Positions 25,545 to 29,335 of a DNA stretch of 29,335 nt are shown in pieces; position 1 is the stretch's first letter; each line of letters begins with the position of its first letter. The notes under the pieces are model-generated. The model saw nothing but the letters and a program-made list of their open reading frames with translations. It was not told the DNA's origin and did no database searches. The position numbers and the translations under genes are program-made. Origin of the DNA: a virus (Duplodnaviria; Caudoviricetes); the IMG/VR virus record IMGVR_UViG_3300012663_000288, positions 1-29,335 of that record. One strand, 5' to 3'.

Positions 25545-25681
25545 CGCCTTATGAAATATGGCAAATGGAACGATATGGAAATTTTATTTCCGAATCGAAC
25601 CCAACGCCACCGGAACCAAGCAAAACATTTTTTGAATATCAAATTGAAATTTATGAATTTAATGAAGTACATAATCAATGA
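25532..25681 (+). CDS. Small acidic hypothetical protein (49 aa)
   Basis: MVPVTPYEIWQMERYGNFI...; internal ATG of ORF 25481..25681. Confidence 0.55.
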   Translation: MVPVTPYEIWQMERYGNFISESNPTPPEPSKTFFEYQIEIYEFNEVHNQ

Positions 25682-25862
25682 AAATGGGCCGGTTTTATTC
25701 CCGGAAAAAACATTTGTTCAAGTGCCTGGCGAAATCCAATCATCCGGATATTGTTCGTTTTGGTATAGTCCAGAAACGCAACGTTTCGAATGCTTTACCA
25801 CCCCGGAACCAACCGCAACCCCGAATGATTACGTTATCATTGAAAACTTTTTAAATGGCTAA
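25662..25862 (+). CDS. Hypothetical protein (66 aa)
   Basis: MKYIINENGPVLFPE...SSGYC; internal ATG of ORF 25551..25862. Confidence 0.6.
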   Translation: MKYIINENGPVLFPEKTFVQVPGEIQSSGYCSFWYSPETQRFECFTTPEPTATPNDYVIIENFLNG

Positions 25863-25971
25863 AATCGTAGCAATATGGATTCGGTGCCGTTCGTGCCGAT
25901 CCCTTTACACCATCTCACATTTAAAACAAAGTATATGCCCGAAATGTCATGCCATAAATGGCCCGAAATGA
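25855..25971 (+). CDS. Tiny zinc-ribbon protein (38 aa)
   Basis: MAKIVAIWIRCRSCRSLYTISHLKQSICPKCHAINGPK; CxxC-13-CPKC; ATGA coupling downstream. Confidence 0.6.
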   Translation: MAKIVAIWIRCRSCRSLYTISHLKQSICPKCHAINGPK

Positions 25972-26135
25972 ACACAATTGAACGCCATCGTTTAATTGGC
26001 GAACTGATTGACGCGATGATATATTCCGAAAACGCGGTAGCGATTCTCAAGGATTGCGTTGAAGGTTTCCGGGCCGCCGGATACATTAAATCCATAATTT
26101 TACCGGATAATAAAACGCTTGAAAATGGTATCTAA
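25968..26135 (+). CDS. Hypothetical protein (55 aa)
   Basis: MNTIERHRLIGELIDAMIYSE...; starts at an ATGA overlap. Confidence 0.6.
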   Translation: MNTIERHRLIGELIDAMIYSENAVAILKDCVEGFRAAGYIKSIILPDNKTLENGI

Positions 26136-26460
26136 TTTCATTACTTCAATCCATCATTTGCGCATCGCCACCGAATACATGGATGATATTGTACGGCAAT
26201 ATCCCGGTTCCCGTTCATGCGTTTTGTTTCAAAACTATTCCAAAAAATGCAAATGGATATTGCGCGATATTGCCACCTATCCACATTTTACCGATGAAAT
26301 CCGGGATGGCATCCAATCGGAAATAAATTCCGATCCGCTAACATACCGCGCCATCATGGAACGCATTTCATTGCTTGCCCCGGATCAACGCAATTTGTTG
26401 GAATTCGTGATTGATGATCTATTGAATGGTAAACAAATCAAAATTCAAGTCGATGAATAA
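26125..26460 (+). CDS. Hypothetical helical protein (111 aa)
   Basis: ORF track 26119..26460; ATG at 26125. Confidence 0.75.
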   Translation: MVSNFITSIHHLRIATEYMDDIVRQYPGSRSCVLFQNYSKKCKWILRDIATYPHFTDEIRDGIQSEINSDPLTYRAIMERISLLAPDQRNLLEFVIDDLLNGKQIKIQVDE

Positions 26461-26536
26461 CCGCCAATTTCAACATGGTTTCATTACCGGCTTTCTTGCC
26501 GCGATGATTGCAATTTTAATAATTGGATTGATATGA
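26453..26536 (+). CDS. Membrane micropeptide (27 aa)
   Basis: MNNRQFQHGFITGFLAAMIAILIIGLI; overlaps both neighbours. Confidence 0.55.
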   Translation: MNNRQFQHGFITGFLAAMIAILIIGLI

Positions 26537-26655
26537 AAAAAAACATTGAATTAATTGTGCAAGTTATTTTCTTTTTTGTCATCGCGATACCAACCGCCAT
26601 TTGTTTCTATATCGCCAATGAAATATTTTTCATCTTCAAAAGATTGTTCAAATGA
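26533..26655 (+). CDS. Small membrane protein (40 aa)
   Basis: MKKNIELIVQVIFFFVIAIPTAICFYIANEIFFIFKRLFK; ATGA overlaps at both ends. Confidence 0.65.
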   Translation: MKKNIELIVQVIFFFVIAIPTAICFYIANEIFFIFKRLFK

Positions 26656-26861
26656 AAATAACTCATTCAATCCAGGAATACATTGAGAAAAACGAAATCC
26701 GGAAAAACGTTCGATGGCGTATTCATGGCGGCCGATGGTTTTTTGAATTGTTCCCCGGATTTTGGCAACACGAACATTCGTTTGATCGGTTTTTCCCTAA
26801 ATACGATTTCGCCCGGTTCAATGATAAGGGATCAAACCCGGACAAAACGAAAATTGTATGA
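26652..26861 (+). CDS. Hypothetical protein (69 aa, aromatic-rich)
   Basis: ATGA overlaps at both ends. Confidence 0.7.
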   Translation: MKITHSIQEYIEKNEIRKNVRWRIHGGRWFFELFPGFWQHEHSFDRFFPKYDFARFNDKGSNPDKTKIV

Positions 26862-27070
26862 AAAAATATGTGTTGCGGTGCCGGACAATGGCCGGGAATA
26901 CTTTGTTTTTTTGCCATCAATACGTTGCCGGATCGAAACAAAACGTTTTCGTTTCGAATATCAACCAGGCCTTAATATACTATGAATACCAAATCGGAAC
27001 CGCGGAAATTGAATTACTTAAACTCATGTCAAATTATGGAATCAAATCCTACACAATTGAAATTTTGTAA
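26858..27070 (+). CDS. Hypothetical protein (70 aa)
   Basis: ATGA overlap with the upstream ORF. Confidence 0.6.
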   Translation: MKKYVLRCRTMAGNTLFFCHQYVAGSKQNVFVSNINQALIYYEYQIGTAEIELLKLMSNYGIKSYTIEIL

Positions 27071-27221
27071 ATATTGCAAGGAAACCAAATCACGCGATTT
27101 GTTCCCGGTTAACATCATGCTCAATGATCACCGGGAAAACAAATGTAAAAAATGCCGATCCGAATATGATAAAATGAAACGCGCTAAACGGAACGCGGAT
27201 AGGGAAATATCACATTTTTAG
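27036..27221 (+). CDS. Stand-alone Cys4 zinc-finger protein (61 aa)
   Basis: MESNPTQLKFCKYCKETKSRDLFPVNIMLNDHRENKCKKCRSEYDKMKR...; CxxC-22-CxxC; converges on the endolysin gene with a 4-nt stop overlap. Confidence 0.65.
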   Translation: MESNPTQLKFCKYCKETKSRDLFPVNIMLNDHRENKCKKCRSEYDKMKRAKRNADREISHF

Positions 27222-27682
27222 TAATTGGAATAAATGGTTTTCCCGTTTACCCTTGACGCGCGCAATATTTGTTTGCGTTGCTTACCGGTTGTTTCATACG
27301 AAACGTGAACCCAATCCGGATTTTGTGCATCCCCGAATTCATAAATCAATTGATCAAATATTAGGCTATCCTTGATGTAATCAAAAACCATGCGATTGGT
27401 AACGCCATGTGGCGTGCCGTCCATGTCAATGTCGATGGCCTCACCCGAACAATGTTGTGATGTTGCGGAACCCCCAATCGCGGCGTTTAATTCCTTTGAA
27501 CGATATCCGGATGAAATAATAATCGGACAACGGAAATGGGTTCGTATTGGTTCAAATATAGCCTCGGCCAATATTTTAAAATTGTTGATGTGTTCCGGCG
27601 TTGGCATGTTTGAAATTCCTTTGCGCTTTGCGGATTCCGACCGGGTTACTTCGGCCAAATCTAAATGTTCGGATAATTTCAT
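27218..27682 (-). CDS. Endolysin, peptidase M15A family
   Basis: ISSGYRS..LN.AIGGS..SQH..GEAIDID...WVHVSY (zinc ligands H, D, H). Confidence 0.92.
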   Translation of the reverse strand: MKLSEHLDLAEVTRSESAKRKGISNMPTPEHINNFKILAEAIFEPIRTHFRCPIIISSGYRSKELNAAIGGSATSQHCSGEAIDIDMDGTPHGVTNRMVFDYIKDSLIFDQLIYEFGDAQNPDWVHVSYETTGKQRKQILRASRVNGKTIYSNY

Positions 27683-28170
27683 TTTTTAAGTTTTAGATAA
27701 ATAAACCCGGCAATCGCCAGAATTAAAATAATTAGCCATCCGGCGCGCCTTTCGGCCTTTCGTTCCCATTCCATTGCCTTCGCATTTGATGCCGTTAAAT
27801 CGGCTTGTATTAAGTTTAAACGGGCATTGTCAACAACAACGGATTTGATTGTATCGTGAATGGTAATGGATTTGACAATATCGCGATATTTCAACCGGGT
27901 TAAAAACGTTGTATCGTTCCGGGTTTCAATTTGTATCGTTGTATCATTTTGAACCAATGTGTCGACCTGGATAGTTGTATCGGATTTCACAATGTACGTT
28001 GTATCATTGGCGCAATAACCCCCGGCAACCACAACCTTCGCAACGGCATCAAGTTTGTTTTGATCGCGCAAAACTTGTTTCACCGGATTACATGATAGCA
28101 ACCACAACAACGTAAACAACAAAATCAAAACCAATAAAACGACATTGATCGGATCAACTTTGATTTTCAT
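27679..28170 (-). CDS. Lipoprotein with C-terminal TM segment; unimolecular-spanin-like
   Basis: Signal peptide plus lipobox LLSC; C-terminal WLIILILAIAGFIYL followed by KLKK. Confidence 0.65.
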   Translation of the reverse strand: MKIKVDPINVVLLVLILLFTLLWLLSCNPVKQVLRDQNKLDAVAKVVVAGGYCANDTTYIVKSDTTIQVDTLVQNDTTIQIETRNDTTFLTRLKYRDIVKSITIHDTIKSVVVDNARLNLIQADLTASNAKAMEWERKAERRAGWLIILILAIAGFIYLKLKK

Positions 28171-28396
28171 TGGTCGGCTTTTTAAATATCTTTTCCGCGG
28201 ATGTTAATCCCAACGCCGCGAATGCCAATGATGCTACCGAATAAACAAGCGCCTCCGATGGATCGGTTTGTTCCGTATGATTGGCGTATAATGTCCAACA
28301 TAGGAACCCGGCGCACATTACCCCCACCAAACGTTTTGATGATGCCTGGCCGTTTTCCGAAACAAAACCCGATAAAAAATTAATTGCCTTTTTCAT
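28154..28396 (-). CDS. Putative holin (2 TM)
   Basis: 80 aa, SSKR followed by two hydrophobic helices and a charged C-terminus; in the lysis cassette. Confidence 0.65.
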   Translation of the reverse strand: MKKAINFLSGFVSENGQASSKRLVGVMCAGFLCWTLYANHTEQTDPSEALVYSVASLAFAALGLTSAEKIFKKPTNENQS

Positions 28397-28712
28397 ATTC
28401 GGTTGAATCTATTGATTGAATGGAATCGGTTGTTGTGCGTTTCCGGCCCCAAAAATTGGTTTTTTCTTTTATGATAATCGTATCATGAATGATGATCGTT
28501 TTCACCTTTAACGCCTTGAATGCGCGCAAATCCTTTGCGTTTTGTTGTTCCTTGACATGAATAAAATGATCAACTTTTGTGATCAAATTCGGTATGGTGT
28601 CCGTCCTGGAAATTGATTTTTGCAATAATGTATCAACATGATCAACAACAATGGTTGATTGTTGTTTCATTTCACATGCCACAAATAACACTATGCAAAA
28701 AATGTATTTCAT
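28380..28712 (-). CDS. Putative lipoprotein (o-spanin-like)
   Basis: MKYIFCIVLFVAC: short signal peptide ending in a lipobox-like FVAC. Confidence 0.5.
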   Translation of the reverse strand: MKYIFCIVLFVACEMKQQSTIVVDHVDTLLQKSISRTDTIPNLITKVDHFIHVKEQQNAKDLRAFKALKVKTIIIHDTIIIKEKTNFWGRKRTTTDSIQSIDSTEYEKGN

Positions 28713-28972
28713 TTGATGGCTCCCATTTCCTTTAATGTCAAAAGTTTGGCGGTTGTGGCGGCCAACAACGAATCGGAACGTTTAAGTTGAACCGATAACG
28801 CATCGATTTTCAATTCAAGGTTTTCAATTTTCGCGCCTTGCTTTTCGATTTGTTCCGTATACATTAATTTTTGATCAATGTATAAATAACCGATGGCAAA
28901 CAAGGTGATGAATAAAAACGCCTTTACCGGATCTTTGCTAAATTGCTCAAATGACAAAGGAAATGCCTTCAT
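28709..28972 (-). CDS. Single-TM coiled-coil protein (i-spanin- or holin-like)
   Basis: AFLFITLFAIGYLYI followed by a heptad coiled coil. Confidence 0.55.
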   Translation of the reverse strand: MKAFPLSFEQFSKDPVKAFLFITLFAIGYLYIDQKLMYTEQIEKQGAKIENLELKIDALSVQLKRSDSLLAATTAKLLTLKEMGAIK

Positions 28973-28996
28973 AACACATAAAGTATTTATACGGAT

Positions 28997-29023
28997 TTGT
29001 GGCGAAAAATACTTAATTGTTGC
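28997..29023 (-). promoter_or_regulatory. Putative phage late promoter, copy 4 (lysis operon)
   Basis: GCAACAATT-N10-CGCCACAA, immediately after a terminator. Confidence 0.6.
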
Positions 29024-29027
29024 AATT

Positions 29028-29066
29028 AAAAAACAACACCATCCCGGGAATGAAATGGTGTTATTG
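29028..29066 (-). terminator. Intrinsic terminator upstream of the lysis operon
   Basis: RNA stem AAUAACACCAUUUC/GGGAUGGUGUUGUU (with G-U pairs) followed by Us. Confidence 0.65.
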
Positions 29067-29071
29067 TTTTT

Positions 29072-29200
29072 TTAATCTTCGGATTTTTCCTCTTGCATTT
29101 TTTGCGCAATCTTTTGATTAACCTCTTGCAATTGTTTTTGCAAATATTCCAAATTGCTTAAAATGTCATAGGCCTGGGCCTTCAGTTCGATTAATTCCAT
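29072..29200 (-). CDS. Small coiled-coil protein (42 aa)
   Basis: MELIELKAQAYDILSNLEYLQKQLQEVNQKIAQKMQEEKSED. Confidence 0.65.
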   Translation of the reverse strand: MELIELKAQAYDILSNLEYLQKQLQEVNQKIAQKMQEEKSED

Positions 29201-29213
29201 GTTGTTTAATTTT

Positions 29214-29335
29214 TTACAAAATTACTAAATTTAATTTATCCGCTGACCATTGATATATCCATGCATTTATTGCCATTGCAGGTTGGTCTCCCCATGCAAC
29301 GTATTCCTCGCCAGAAATCGTGAGATTGCCTTGAG
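29214..29335 (-). CDS. C-terminal part of a hypothetical protein, possibly tail-fibre-associated
   Basis: ...QGNLTISGEEYVAWGDQPAMAINAWIYQWSADKLNLVIL*; open to the window edge. Confidence 0.6.
   Translation of the reverse strand, partial: QGNLTISGEEYVAWGDQPAMAINAWIYQWSADKLNLVIL

Noticed and set aside
1-29335. Stop-codon reassignment (TAG recoding), suggested by the rarity of TAG
   Set aside because: Genes tile densely under code 11, and TAG ends the primase-helicase, VRR-NUC and ssb genes at sensible positions (for example after DDLPF).

Overview
Near-complete genome of a tailed dsDNA phage (Caudoviricetes, probably siphovirus-like) that very likely infects Bacteroidota. The host call rests on TTTG-N18-21-TAnnTTTG promoters, SD-less A-rich start contexts and a DUF4373-like gene. 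The minus strand carries, in transcription order from right to left: a lysis module (27.2-29.0 kb); recombination and replication genes (SSAP, exonuclease, methyltransferase, SSB, VRR-NUC, DUF4373-like, primase-helicase; 17.8-24.9 kb); a sigma-like factor and terminases; two self-contained promoter-gene-terminator cassettes; and the virion genes, ending in a tail-fibre gene cut by the window edge. A divergent plus-strand operon of tiny, translationally coupled ORFs occupies 25.0-27.2 kb. No integrase, DNA polymerase, tRNA or CRISPR array is visible. The most notable observations are: (1) genome-wide depletion of CAG/CTG except inside CCWGG, with normal-composition islands marking recent acquisitions; (2) a four-copy bipartite late-promoter-like motif, CAACAA-N14-GCCACA, a candidate target of the phage sigma-like protein; (3) a kissing-loop 5' leader with its own promoter ahead of the replication genes; (4) a ~215-bp nested palindrome with iteron-like repeats; (5) spanin-like lipoproteins rich in Bacteroidota O-glycosylation sequons; (6) an internally duplicated tail-completion-like protein. 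All product calls come from motif recognition by eye; no database searches were run.
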